This document shows, piece after piece, positions 1 to 9,143 of a stretch of 64,000 nucleotides of DNA. Location of the stretch: contig CAXXKT010000001.1 in the NCBI GenBank assembly GCA_963662405.2, positions 992,001-1,056,000 on the forward strand, in the 5' to 3' direction. Origin of the DNA: Syntrophales bacterium. GTDB lineage: Bacteria > Desulfobacterota > Syntrophia > Syntrophales > UBA2210. Position 1 is the stretch's first letter, and every line of letters starts with the position of its first letter. A model generated the notes under the pieces. It did no database searches and was not told the DNA's origin. It was given only the letters and a program-made list of their open reading frames with translations. The position numbers and the translations under genes are program-made.

Positions 1-1304
1 TCCTCCACAGTTTTTCTGAGATGATGATCTCGTTCTATCATCTTTTTAATCTTGTTGTTCGAATAAATCACCGTAGAGTGATCCCTTCCTCCGATCTTTT
101 CACCGATATCCGGAAATGAGTGATTCGTCAACTTTCTTGCGAGGTACATGGCGACCTGTCGTGAGAGTACGAGATTTTTATTTTTTTTTGGCGATTTAAT
201 ATCTCCCACTCGAGTGTTAAAGTTTTTTCCAACGGCTTTTAAGATTTCATCGACAGTAATCTCCTGTTTTGCCGAGTGTTTAAGGATATTTTTAATAACA
301 TCCCGTACTATATCAATGGTGATATCTTTTCCGGTTAGGGAGGAGTAAGCGGCTATCCTCGTCAGGATCCCTTCCAACTCTCTGATGTTGGAATCGGCGA
401 CGGAGGCAATATAATGTGTCATCTCTGTCGAGACATCAATACCATTTTCCTGCGCTTTTTTTTCTACAATCGCGATCCGTGTCTCTATGTCAGGGGGTTG
501 GATGTCAGCGATCAAACCCCACTCAAATCGTGATCTCAATCTTCCTTCAAGATTTTGAATTTCCTTCGGAAACTTGTCGCTGGTAACAACGATCTGCTTT
601 CCCGAATCATGGAGGGTGTTAAAGGTATGGAAAAATTCCTCTTGAGTTCGTTCCTTCCCGGCAATGAATTGGATGTCATCTATCAACAGTGAATCTATCT
701 TCCGGTATTTTTCCCTGAAGTTCGACATCTTGTCATATCTGATGGAGTAGATAAGTTCATTCATGAACTCTTCTGCCGAGACATATAAGATATTTTTTTT
801 GGGGTAGAGAGAGACGGTATGAACACCAATAGCGTTGATTAGATGTGTTTTCCCCAGACCGACTCCTCCGTAAACAAACAAAGGATTGTAGTTACGAGCG
901 GGTTGCTCTGCAACCGAAAGAGCGGCGGCATGGGCGAACTGATTGGACGAGCCGACGACAAACCGTTCGAAGGTATATTTCAAATTGAGTGACGAGTGCA
1001 GACGGACGGGAGGACTACTCACCGTCTCATGAGTTCCTCTCTCGATTGATATTTCTTTCTTCTCTGGTTTCCTGATAACGAACTGGACATCGACATTGAG
1101 GCCCGAGATATCCGCAAGAGAATTACTGATCAGCTCAATGTAATTATCTACCAGCCAATCCTTAAAAAACTTATTCGGGACCCCGAGGAGCACATTATTA
1201 TCCTCCAGCGAAACTATTCTGATCGGTTTAATCCACGTATCAAAGTTTTGCTGACTAACTTTTTCTTTAATTATTTTGATACCTTCATTCCAAAATGATT
1301 CCAA
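1..1304 (-). CDS. dnaA: Chromosomal replication initiator DnaA (3' end runs off window start)
   Basis: Not in ORF track. Manual minus-strand reading from TTG at 1304 gives MESFWNEGIKIIKEKVSQQNFDTWIKP, then YNPLFVYGGVGLGKTHL (Walker A), IDDIQFIAGKERTQEEFFHTFN, RLRSRFEWGL and IGEKIGGRDHSTVIY (domain IV). Confidence 0.97.
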   Translation of the reverse strand, partial: MESFWNEGIKIIKEKVSQQNFDTWIKPIRIVSLEDNNVLLGVPNKFFKDWLVDNYIELISNSLADISGLNVDVQFVIRKPEKKEISIERGTHETVSSPPVRLHSSLNLKYTFERFVVGSSNQFAHAAALSVAEQPARNYNPLFVYGGVGLGKTHLINAIGVHTVSLYPKKNILYVSAEEFMNELIYSIRYDKMSNFREKYRKIDSLLIDDIQFIAGKERTQEEFFHTFNTLHDSGKQIVVTSDKFPKEIQNLEGRLRSRFEWGLIADIQPPDIETRIAIVEKKAQENGIDVSTEMTHYIASVADSNIRELEGILTRIAAYSSLTGKDITIDIVRDVIKNILKHSAKQEITVDEILKAVGKNFNTRVGDIKSPKKNKNLVLSRQVAMYLARKLTNHSFPDIGEKIGGRDHSTVIYSNNKIKKMIERDHHLRKTVE

Positions 1305-1316
1305 TTGCCCAACCCT

Positions 1317-1348
1317 TTATAAACAATGCTATCAACAGCTGTTAATAA
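1317..1348. promoter_or_regulatory. Three DnaA-box-like 9-mers upstream of dnaA
   Basis: TTATAAACA 1317-1325, CTATCAACA 1329-1337 and TTATTAACA (minus) 1340-1348; 1-2 mismatches to TTATNCACA, packed in the 74-bp parB-dnaA gap. Confidence 0.6.
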
Positions 1349-1378
1349 AAATATGAATTGCGTTCAACTGCTTCCGGT

Positions 1379-2254
1379 TCAATATCGATCATTTCCGCTC
1401 ATAATGGCATCTAATACCCGATCGAGATCATCGGCAGAGAGAAACCGTATCTCAATGACACCTCCCTTTCGGAGCGGCTTTATGTTTGTTTTTGCCATCA
1501 ATCGCTCCGAAAGTTTTTTTTCAAGATCTACGATGTGTATCTCCTTCTTAGGAGTTGCCTGCTTCTTTTGGGTGCGGCGGGACGCAAAGCTCTGTGCCAT
1601 CTTCTCAGCTTCCCTGACGCTGAGTTTTTTAGCGATTATTTCACGGAGAGCCGACCGTTGTTCCTCAGATGAAACGATGGATAACAGAGCCCGCGCATGT
1701 CCGGCGGAGATTTCTTTTTTTATGAGAGCGTTCTTTGCCTCCTCGGGCAGATGCAGGAGACGCAAGACATTTGCTATTGTTGAGCGTTCCTTGCCGACCC
1801 GCAATGATATCTCTTCCTGTGAGAGGTGAAACCGGTTTATCAGTGTTTGATATGCTTCTGATTCCTCAATTGGGTTCAACTCTTCACGTTGGATATTTTC
1901 TATGAGAGACAATTCTGCAATATCAAGATCTTCTGTTCCTTGACGAATGATGATCGGAACATCCTTTAGCCCGGCGGCTTGAGCGGCGCGCCACCTGCGT
2001 TCTCCAGCGATAATTTCATAACCCGGGCGGTCGTTGGGCTTTCTCACGAGTATCGGCTGAAGAATCCCGTTTTCTTGAATCGAATCAGAGAGTTTCCTTT
2101 GTTCTTTTTTGTCAAAGACCCTCCGGGGCTGAAAGCGATTCGGTGACAGTTCCTCGATCCCACACATGGCAAAGTGTGATTTATTGACGGAATCGTCCAT
2201 AAGATCCGGAAATATAGCGCCGAGCCCCTTGCCCAAGGCGTTTTTTTTAGACAT
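1379..2254 (-). CDS. parB: Chromosome partitioning protein ParB/Spo0J
   Basis: LGKGLGA N-terminus, PNRFQPR, IIAGERRWRAA arginine patch, ENIQREELNPIEE, HTH; 1-nt overlap with parA. Confidence 0.97.
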   Translation of the reverse strand: MSKKNALGKGLGAIFPDLMDDSVNKSHFAMCGIEELSPNRFQPRRVFDKKEQRKLSDSIQENGILQPILVRKPNDRPGYEIIAGERRWRAAQAAGLKDVPIIIRQGTEDLDIAELSLIENIQREELNPIEESEAYQTLINRFHLSQEEISLRVGKERSTIANVLRLLHLPEEAKNALIKKEISAGHARALLSIVSSEEQRSALREIIAKKLSVREAEKMAQSFASRRTQKKQATPKKEIHIVDLEKKLSERLMAKTNIKPLRKGGVIEIRFLSADDLDRVLDAIMSGNDRY

Positions 2255-3024
2255 TATATCCTTCCGTTCGTCATGATTTCCTGTGCCAGCGACATATACG
2301 AAACAGCCCCACTTGATTTAATATCGTACAGTATGATGGGCAACCCATGGCTGGGGCTCTCTGAAAGCCTCACATTCCTTGGTATAATGGTCTTAAAGAC
2401 ACTCCTCCCAAAAAAACTTCTCGCTTCATCGGCCACTTGGTGCGAAAGGCGGTTTCTCTGATCAAACATGGTCAGAAGGATACCAGCCAGCGAAAGAGAC
2501 GGGTTGAGCCGAGCCTGTACCAGCTTGACGCTGTGGAGTAACTGCCCCAGCCCTTCCAGTGCAAAGAATTCGCATTGCAACGGAATAATAAATGCGTCTG
2601 ATGCCACAAGGGAGTTAACAGTTAAAAATCCGAGAGACGGAGGACAGTCGATTATAATAAACTCATAAGCACTGTCAATTGTTTTCACAAAGTTTCTCAA
2701 CCTTTTTTCCCTGTCATTGAGAGATACGAACTCTATTTCAACACCGATCAGATCCCGATTTGAAGGGATGACGTCCAGCGTCTGAATATCTGTATGGCAC
2801 ACAAGATCCTGAAAGGGAGCATCCTGCACCAGACCATAGTAGAGATTTTTTTTCTGTACCACCGCTGGGTCGATTCCCACACCGCTGGTTGCGTTTCCTT
2901 GTGCGTCACAATCAATCAGCAGCGTTTTCCGCTCTGCGGCAGCCAGAGACGCTGACAAATTGATAGCGGTCGTCGTCTTACCGACGCCACCCTTCTGGTT
3001 GGCTATACATATGACTTTTTGCAT
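2254..3024 (-). CDS. parA: Chromosome partitioning ATPase ParA/Soj
   Basis: NQKGGVGKTTT deviant Walker A, DCPPSLG, IPRNVRLSESPSHG. Confidence 0.97.
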   Translation of the reverse strand: MQKVICIANQKGGVGKTTTAINLSASLAAAERKTLLIDCDAQGNATSGVGIDPAVVQKKNLYYGLVQDAPFQDLVCHTDIQTLDVIPSNRDLIGVEIEFVSLNDREKRLRNFVKTIDSAYEFIIIDCPPSLGFLTVNSLVASDAFIIPLQCEFFALEGLGQLLHSVKLVQARLNPSLSLAGILLTMFDQRNRLSHQVADEARSFFGRSVFKTIIPRNVRLSESPSHGLPIILYDIKSSGAVSYMSLAQEIMTNGRI

Positions 3025-3155
3025 GTTTTCAGGATTGTTCTTTCCGCACGCGCACCTTCAGAATACTGGTCGAGATGCTAGCACACAAGAGAAGATTTGA
3101 GAAGCGGTAATTTGGGGTAACGAGCAACAGAAATGGTGGGGTCTGAGCTCCTGTT

Positions 3156-3821
3156 TTATGGTAAACGCCTTCGAAAACAGAATAGCTTTCTGAATTCACC
3201 GGTCACGGGGAGGAGCAGCTCCCGAGACCCGGTCAACTCAAGCCCCATTTGTTTGATGGTATCCTCCGCATGGGCCAGTTCTTCGTCCGCACATTGTCCC
3301 TTCATGGCAATCAACATCCCATCCTCAGACAGAAAGGGTTCCCCGATGGTAAGCAGTTGGGAAATATTCCATGTCGCCCGCGATATAACCACATCAAACA
3401 CGCCGCGGTATCGGGTTTCCCGTGCGGCTGATTCTGCCCTGGTGTTGACTGCCGTGATATCACGGATACCAAGAGTCCGAATGACGTGTTTGAGAAAAGA
3501 GGTCTTTTTCCGGGATGATTCGATCAGTGTCACGCGCAGTCGTCCCACCCGAATCTTCAGTGGAATACCGGGCAGGCCGGCCCCCGTTCCGATATCCAAG
3601 AGGGTGGCATCACCTTTTGTGATCAGCGGAATCGGCGTCAGAGAATCGATCAAGTGTTTTGTGATGTCATGGGGGGACTTGATCGATACAAGGGACATCT
3701 TCGCATTCCAGAGAATCAGTTCCCGAGCATATGTCATCAGGAGATCGATCTGAGGTTTCGTGAGGAGAATGCCCATCTCCTGGCTGGTCTTGGCAAGGGT
3801 TTGTTCTGTTTTTTTAATCAT
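3156..3821 (-). CDS. rsmG: 16S rRNA m7G527 methyltransferase RsmG/GidB
   Basis: WNAKMSL, HLIDSL, LDIGTGAGLPGIPL, SRA and AMKG motifs; start placed at ATG 3821 (ORF track extends to 3950). Confidence 0.93.
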   Translation of the reverse strand: MIKKTEQTLAKTSQEMGILLTKPQIDLLMTYARELILWNAKMSLVSIKSPHDITKHLIDSLTPIPLITKGDATLLDIGTGAGLPGIPLKIRVGRLRVTLIESSRKKTSFLKHVIRTLGIRDITAVNTRAESAARETRYRGVFDVVISRATWNISQLLTIGEPFLSEDGMLIAMKGQCADEELAHAEDTIKQMGLELTGSRELLLPVTGEFRKLFCFRRRLP

Positions 3822-4027
3822 ATGGCCAAATAGCTTTATAAAAGAGATACGCCCAATCGCCCCCCGCACATCTCGAAGGTCTGGATATATTGTTACAACC
3901 GTCTCTTTTATATCCCGTGGAAGCTCCGCACAACTTGTGGTATACAGCACCCGATACCGATTCTAGGCAAACAATGCGGATTATGCAATACGAAAAGAGA
4001 CGCGGGTGGCATGTGGAACGGGCAAAG

Positions 4028-4786
4028 ATGGAAAATGTGACGATAGTGCTTAACAGGCCGAAATATCCCGGCAATATCGGTTCGATCGCCCGATGTGCCA
4101 AAAATATGGGAATACCCCGCATGATTGTTGTCAATCCCCTCAATCCTGATCGGGCGGTTATTGAACAGTTGTCGACCCACTTCGCTCTGGATATCGTAGA
4201 CACGATACAATACTCAGATAATCTGAAAGAAGCGCTTTCCCCTTTTCACTACGTAGTGGGGACCACCGGGCGGTCGGGAGATACCAGTCTCAAGAGATCG
4301 ATGGTATCTCCTCGCACCATGGCGGGAACGGTCGTTGATATATCCCACAACAACACGGTGGCATTGGTCTTCGGTCCTGAAGACCGGGGACTGACCAATG
4401 CGGAGCTCAAATTCTGCGATCTCCTGGTGAAAATACCGACATCTGACCACTTGAAATCCATCAATCTATCCCATGCAGCCATGATCATCTGCTACGAGAT
4501 CTTCGTCGCCTCGTCTGAACCCAGGACCGCTTTTACGCAAAAGCTGGCTACCGTAGCAGAGACAGAGGCAATGTATGATCACCTGAAAGAGGTGTTCCTG
4601 CGGATTGGATTCATCAAAACGCAGAACCCCGATTACTGGATGACGAATGTCCGGCGTCTCTTTTCACGGACGACACTCCTGGCCAAGGATGTAAAAATCA
4701 TACGAGGGATCTGCCACCAAGTTGAGCTGTACGGGCGAAAGAAAATCGTGAATGCTGATTCGGGAGAAGATCAGAAAAAAGCTTGA
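4028..4786 (+). CDS. trmJ: SPOUT RNA methyltransferase, TrmJ/LasT family
   Basis: PKYPGNIGSIARCAKNMG, LVFGPEDRGLTN, SINLSHA; start uncertain (GTG 4013 or ATG 4028). Confidence 0.85.
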   Translation: MENVTIVLNRPKYPGNIGSIARCAKNMGIPRMIVVNPLNPDRAVIEQLSTHFALDIVDTIQYSDNLKEALSPFHYVVGTTGRSGDTSLKRSMVSPRTMAGTVVDISHNNTVALVFGPEDRGLTNAELKFCDLLVKIPTSDHLKSINLSHAAMIICYEIFVASSEPRTAFTQKLATVAETEAMYDHLKEVFLRIGFIKTQNPDYWMTNVRRLFSRTTLLAKDVKIIRGICHQVELYGRKKIVNADSGEDQKKA

Positions 4787-4811
4787 CTTTGCCGGAGGCG
4801 GATTTTACCTT
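4783..4811 (+). promoter_or_regulatory. Putative sigma70 promoter for hldD
   Basis: TTGACT-17 bp-TACCTT. Confidence 0.4.
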
Positions 4812-4918
4812 AGTAGTTGAAACTGCAATATGATGTACTACAAGATCGTGTCGATGTGCCGGTGGCTTTTGCGGGATGTCCGTGAGGGCCTATCTACACG
4901 GGGCATGGGGAGAAGCAG

Positions 4919-5905
4919 ATGATTGTTGTGACGGGTGGAGCGGGGTTTATTGGCAGCGCTGTTCTGTGGAAACTGAACACACAAGGGGTTGATGATATCG
5001 TCGTGGTTGACAGTCTGGGGACATCTGACAAATGGAAAAACCTGGTCGGCAGCCGTTTTGCCGATTATCTCGATAAAGAGGATTTTCTGGAATTAGTTCT
5101 CGATGATGCTTTGCCGTTCGAGGTTGAGGCGGTTGTTCACATGGGTGCATGCTCCTCAACGACAGAGCGGGATGCGGATTACCTGGTGGAGAATAACTAT
5201 CGTTACACGGCCCAGATTGCCCGTTGGGCGGTCGAACGGGATATACGCTTCGTCTATGCCAGTAGTGCGGCAACCTACGGGAACGGCTCTCTGGGATTTG
5301 CCGATGACACAAACGTGAGCCAGTATCTGCAGCCCACCAACATGTATGGGTATTCGAAGCAGTTGTTTGATCTTTGGGTTCTGAGAAACGGGTTGGATCG
5401 GAAGCTGGCCGGGCTTAAGTTTTTTAATGTATTCGGGCCTAATGAATATCACAAAGGGGAGATGCGGAGCGTTATTCACAAATCATTCGAACAGATTCGC
5501 GACACGGGAAAGGTACAACTCTTTAAATCGCATCGGTCTGATTACCACGATGGAGAGCAAAAACGAGATTTCGTGTATGTGAAAGATTGTGTAGAAGTGA
5601 TAGCATGGCTCCTTGAAAGAAAAGATATAACGGGCATTTATAACCTCGGTACGGGACAGGCTCGAACGTGGAATGATTTGGTACGAGCGGTATTCAACGC
5701 TATGGGGATCCCCCCTTCAATTGAGTACATCGAGATGCCTGAGGAGCTCAGGCCACACTATCAATATTTCACAGAAGCCGCGATGGAGAAACTGACGGCG
5801 GCCGGGTGTCCCGTCCGGATCAGGTCGCTTGAGGATGCCGTATCCGATTATGTGAAAAATTACCTCGAACAAGATTCGAGATACTTGTCGAGAGAGATAC
5901 CATAA
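4919..5905 (+). CDS. hldD: ADP-L-glycero-D-manno-heptose 6-epimerase
   Basis: MIVVTGGAGFIGS, HMGACSSTTE, YASSAATYG, YGYSK, FFNVFGPNEYHKG, YQYFTEA. Confidence 0.95.
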   Translation: MIVVTGGAGFIGSAVLWKLNTQGVDDIVVVDSLGTSDKWKNLVGSRFADYLDKEDFLELVLDDALPFEVEAVVHMGACSSTTERDADYLVENNYRYTAQIARWAVERDIRFVYASSAATYGNGSLGFADDTNVSQYLQPTNMYGYSKQLFDLWVLRNGLDRKLAGLKFFNVFGPNEYHKGEMRSVIHKSFEQIRDTGKVQLFKSHRSDYHDGEQKRDFVYVKDCVEVIAWLLERKDITGIYNLGTGQARTWNDLVRAVFNAMGIPPSIEYIEMPEELRPHYQYFTEAAMEKLTAAGCPVRIRSLEDAVSDYVKNYLEQDSRYLSREIP

Positions 5906-5916
5906 GGAGAAAAGGC

Positions 5917-6726
5917 TTGAAAATTATAAGATTCCGCGCACCGGGAGGGGACGTGTTGCGTGGTTCCTTTGATCCCGAGACTCCGGACCGGGCCACGGTC
6001 ATCGACGGTGATATCTTCGGAGAGATCGTCCCGTCGAAGAGGGTGGAACGAGTCGAGGCCTTTCTCTCACCGGTTGACCCCCCGAATATCATCGCCCTCG
6101 GCCTGAATTACGGAAAGCATGCCGGTGAAACGGGGTTCCGTGGTCCCGATCGACCGGTTCTGTTCCTGAAGGCGGCCAGCAGCATTGTTGGCCATGAGGA
6201 ACCCATTATCCTCCCCGCGGCGGGGCCGGATGAAGTCGACTACGAGGCGGAGCTTGCCGTTGTCATCGGGAAAAGGGCAAAGAATGTGTCCCCCGCCGAA
6301 GCCTTGGACTATGTGGTGGGGTATGCCTGCGCAAATGACGTGAGCGCCCGTGACTGGCAATGGCACAAACAGAATGACCAGTGGGCGCGGGGGAAGAGCT
6401 TCGATACCTTCTGTCCCATGGGACCCTATCTTGTAACGAGAGATGAAGTGGAAGGCGCCGGGAAACTCCGCATCAGAGCGATACTGAACGAAGAGGTCAT
6501 GCAGGATTCCAGTACGGCCGATCTGCTGTTCGATATTCCTACGATTATCAGTGATATCAGCTCTTCGCTCACGCTGTTGCCGGGGACGGTCATATTAACG
6601 GGGACACCGGAGGGTGTTGGCTATACCCGAACACCTCCCGTATTTTTGAAGGAAGGTGACCAGGTGACCATCTCCATCGAACAGATCGGTGATTTAATCA
6701 ACCCGGTGATGAGAGAAACGGCATGA
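5917..6726 (+). CDS. Fumarylacetoacetate hydrolase family protein
   Basis: GLNYGKH, VDYEAELAVVIG, NDVSARDWQ, GKSFDTFCPMGP, ILTGTPEGVG; AGGAG before TTG start. Confidence 0.92.
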   Translation: MKIIRFRAPGGDVLRGSFDPETPDRATVIDGDIFGEIVPSKRVERVEAFLSPVDPPNIIALGLNYGKHAGETGFRGPDRPVLFLKAASSIVGHEEPIILPAAGPDEVDYEAELAVVIGKRAKNVSPAEALDYVVGYACANDVSARDWQWHKQNDQWARGKSFDTFCPMGPYLVTRDEVEGAGKLRIRAILNEEVMQDSSTADLLFDIPTIISDISSSLTLLPGTVILTGTPEGVGYTRTPPVFLKEGDQVTISIEQIGDLINPVMRETA

Positions 6727-6748
6727 TACACCGGTCGGTGTATCATGC
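6721..6748. repeat. Perfect inverted repeat overlapping the FAA hydrolase stop codon
   Basis: GCATGATACACCG-GT-CGGTGTATCATGC (13-bp arms). Confidence 0.85.
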
Positions 6749-6849
6749 TATGATGCATAACGGGTAACACCAGTGCGAGAACAGTGAGCACCGCCGGTAA
6801 TCAGCGGCGAGAAACAAATATGATGACAAGGAACAGGTCGGGGGTAACG

Positions 6850-8340
6850 ATGAAAGCTGACAATACACAACAAGCACGGCGTTTCATAGCGGTTCTGGGG
6901 GCGTTTCTGATAGGTGCCTTTATCCTTTCCCTGGCAGGGACGGTCCACTTTTCTTCTTTGTCCTTCGACCTCTCATCGCCTGAGGCTGTCGCGGCATCGA
7001 CAACGGAGGTGATCGGCGTCGCACCGGCATCCTTTGCGGACCTGGCCGAGCATCTGCGGCCGGCTGTCGTCAATATCAGTACAACAAAAACGATAGCCGC
7101 CGGCGGATACCGTTCTCCGTTCAACGATCCGCGGTTTGAGCGATTCTTCGGGGGTGATGAGTTTTTCAAACGGTTTTTTGGTGATATGCCGGAGCGGGAA
7201 TATAAGCAGAGGAGCCTTGGGTCCGGTTTCATAATCAGTGAGGACGGGTATATCTTCACCAACAATCACGTGGTTGAAAAGGCCGATGAAATTGTTGTCA
7301 AGCTGTCCAGCGGTAAGGAATATAAAGCGACGATTAAAGGGAAGGATCAAAACACGGATATCGCCCTCTTGAAGATAGAACCGGACAATGGCCTCCCGGT
7401 CGCCAAGTTAGGTGATTCTTCAAAGTTGCGCGTTGGGGACTGGGTCATCGCCATAGGGAACCCCTTCGGCCTTTCAGAAACGGTGACGGCCGGGATCGTC
7501 AGCGCCAAGGGGCGGGTCATCGGAGCGGGCCCGTATGATGATTTTATACAGACGGATGCCTCCATCAATCCTGGAAACAGTGGGGGGCCGCTCTTCAATT
7601 TGCAAGGAGAGGTGGTGGGTATCAATACGGCGATTGTTGCCCAAGGGCAGGGAATCGGGTTTGCCATTCCGGTTGACATGGCGAAAGATATCCTGCCCAA
7701 TCTGAAAGCCAAGGGAAAGGTGACGCGCGGTTGGCTGGGGGTTTCCGTTCAGGGCATCACGGAGGATATTGCCCAAAACCTGAAGTTGGAGACGGAAAAA
7801 GGGGCGTTGGTATCGGATGTCTTCGCGGGTGATCCTGCAGACAAGGCAGGGATCAAAACGGGAGACGTCATTATCAAAATCGATGGGAATGATATTCAAG
7901 ATACCCATGAATTGATCAAAATCGTCGCCGGTATCGCCGTAGGTGAAAAAGTCAAAATCATGGTGATTCGCGATGGTAAGCGCAAGATTTTTACGGTGAC
8001 GGTAACCGAACGCCCTGAGAGTGGAGATATCGCACGGGAGACATCTGATGAAAAGAGTGAAGAGCATCTCGGGATGACTGTTCAGGCAATTACCCCTGAG
8101 ATCGCCGAGCATCTCGGTCTTACCGATCCTTCCGGTGTGGTGATTGCCCAGGTCGAAAGCGGCAGCCCGGCGGACGAGGCTGGTTTACAGGGAGGGGATA
8201 TCGTCATCCAGATTAACCGGTCTCGCATTAGTTCATTGGAGGATTACCGGGACGTCATGTCGCGGGTGGTATCCAGTGACAGCGTCTTGCTTCTGATCCA
8301 GAGAGAGAAATCGAAGTTCTTTGCCGTGGTACGTAAATAG
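6850..8340 (+). CDS. htrA: DegP/DegQ (Do family) serine endoprotease with two PDZ domains
   Basis: GSGFII, TNNHVV, DIALLK, IQTDASINPGNSGGPL, two PDZ domains; start uncertain (6784-6850). Confidence 0.95.
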   Translation: MKADNTQQARRFIAVLGAFLIGAFILSLAGTVHFSSLSFDLSSPEAVAASTTEVIGVAPASFADLAEHLRPAVVNISTTKTIAAGGYRSPFNDPRFERFFGGDEFFKRFFGDMPEREYKQRSLGSGFIISEDGYIFTNNHVVEKADEIVVKLSSGKEYKATIKGKDQNTDIALLKIEPDNGLPVAKLGDSSKLRVGDWVIAIGNPFGLSETVTAGIVSAKGRVIGAGPYDDFIQTDASINPGNSGGPLFNLQGEVVGINTAIVAQGQGIGFAIPVDMAKDILPNLKAKGKVTRGWLGVSVQGITEDIAQNLKLETEKGALVSDVFAGDPADKAGIKTGDVIIKIDGNDIQDTHELIKIVAGIAVGEKVKIMVIRDGKRKIFTVTVTERPESGDIARETSDEKSEEHLGMTVQAITPEIAEHLGLTDPSGVVIAQVESGSPADEAGLQGGDIVIQINRSRISSLEDYRDVMSRVVSSDSVLLLIQREKSKFFAVVRK

Positions 8341-8445
8341 CGCATGCCGGTGGATGGGGAGCACCCGGAAGACGAAAGGGTCGTTGGTCCCCCGGTTGCG
8401 CATCTGACCGTCCGTGTCGCCCGCCGCGGCATGACAAGAGGGGGC

Positions 8446-9117
8446 ATGTCGATACAGGAAAAAATCTGGGCAATATATGAGACCCTGAATACATGCTTTG
8501 GTGATCTCCATTGGTGGCCCGGGGAAACCCCTTTTGAAGTGGTTATCGGTGCAATTCTGACACAGAATACTAACTGGAATAATGTAGAGACCGCTATAAC
8601 CGCCTTGAAAAAGGCCGATCTCCTGGATCCGCTCAGGCTCCATGAAGCTGACGACTTAGAAATATCCACACTTATCAGATCTTCGGGCTATTACAATATC
8701 AAAACGAAACGGATCAAGGCCTTTTTGGGTTTTCTCCATACGGTATATGCCGGGGACCTGGATGTGATGTTCAGTGAGGAGTGGGGAGTCCTCAGAGAAA
8801 AGTTGCTGGGTGTCAAGGGGATCGGTGAAGAAACTGCCGACAGTATCCTGCTCTACGCCGGTGGGAAACCAATATTTGTCGTCGATGCCTATACGCGCAG
8901 GGTGCTGGAGCGACATGCGATTATCGCTCCGGCCTGGGATTATCGGAAGGTACAGACCCTCTTTATGGAATCTCTCCCCTGCGACGTATCTCTGTATAAT
9001 CAGTATCACGCATTGCTGGTGCAGGTGGGAAAGCAATTTTGTCGGCAGGCCCCGCGATGCGGGGGGTGTCCCCTTGAACCCCTGTTTATGCGGTGGACCT
9101 CCGATCGAACTACCTGA
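8446..9117 (+). CDS. Endonuclease III-related HhH-GPD protein
   Basis: WWPGETPFEV, GAILTQNTNW, KGIGEETADSILLYA, FVVDAYTRR, C-terminal Cys cluster. Confidence 0.88.
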   Translation: MSIQEKIWAIYETLNTCFGDLHWWPGETPFEVVIGAILTQNTNWNNVETAITALKKADLLDPLRLHEADDLEISTLIRSSGYYNIKTKRIKAFLGFLHTVYAGDLDVMFSEEWGVLREKLLGVKGIGEETADSILLYAGGKPIFVVDAYTRRVLERHAIIAPAWDYRKVQTLFMESLPCDVSLYNQYHALLVQVGKQFCRQAPRCGGCPLEPLFMRWTSDRTT

Positions 9118-9143
9118 TTCGATACCATTCTCAGGGAGGAATT

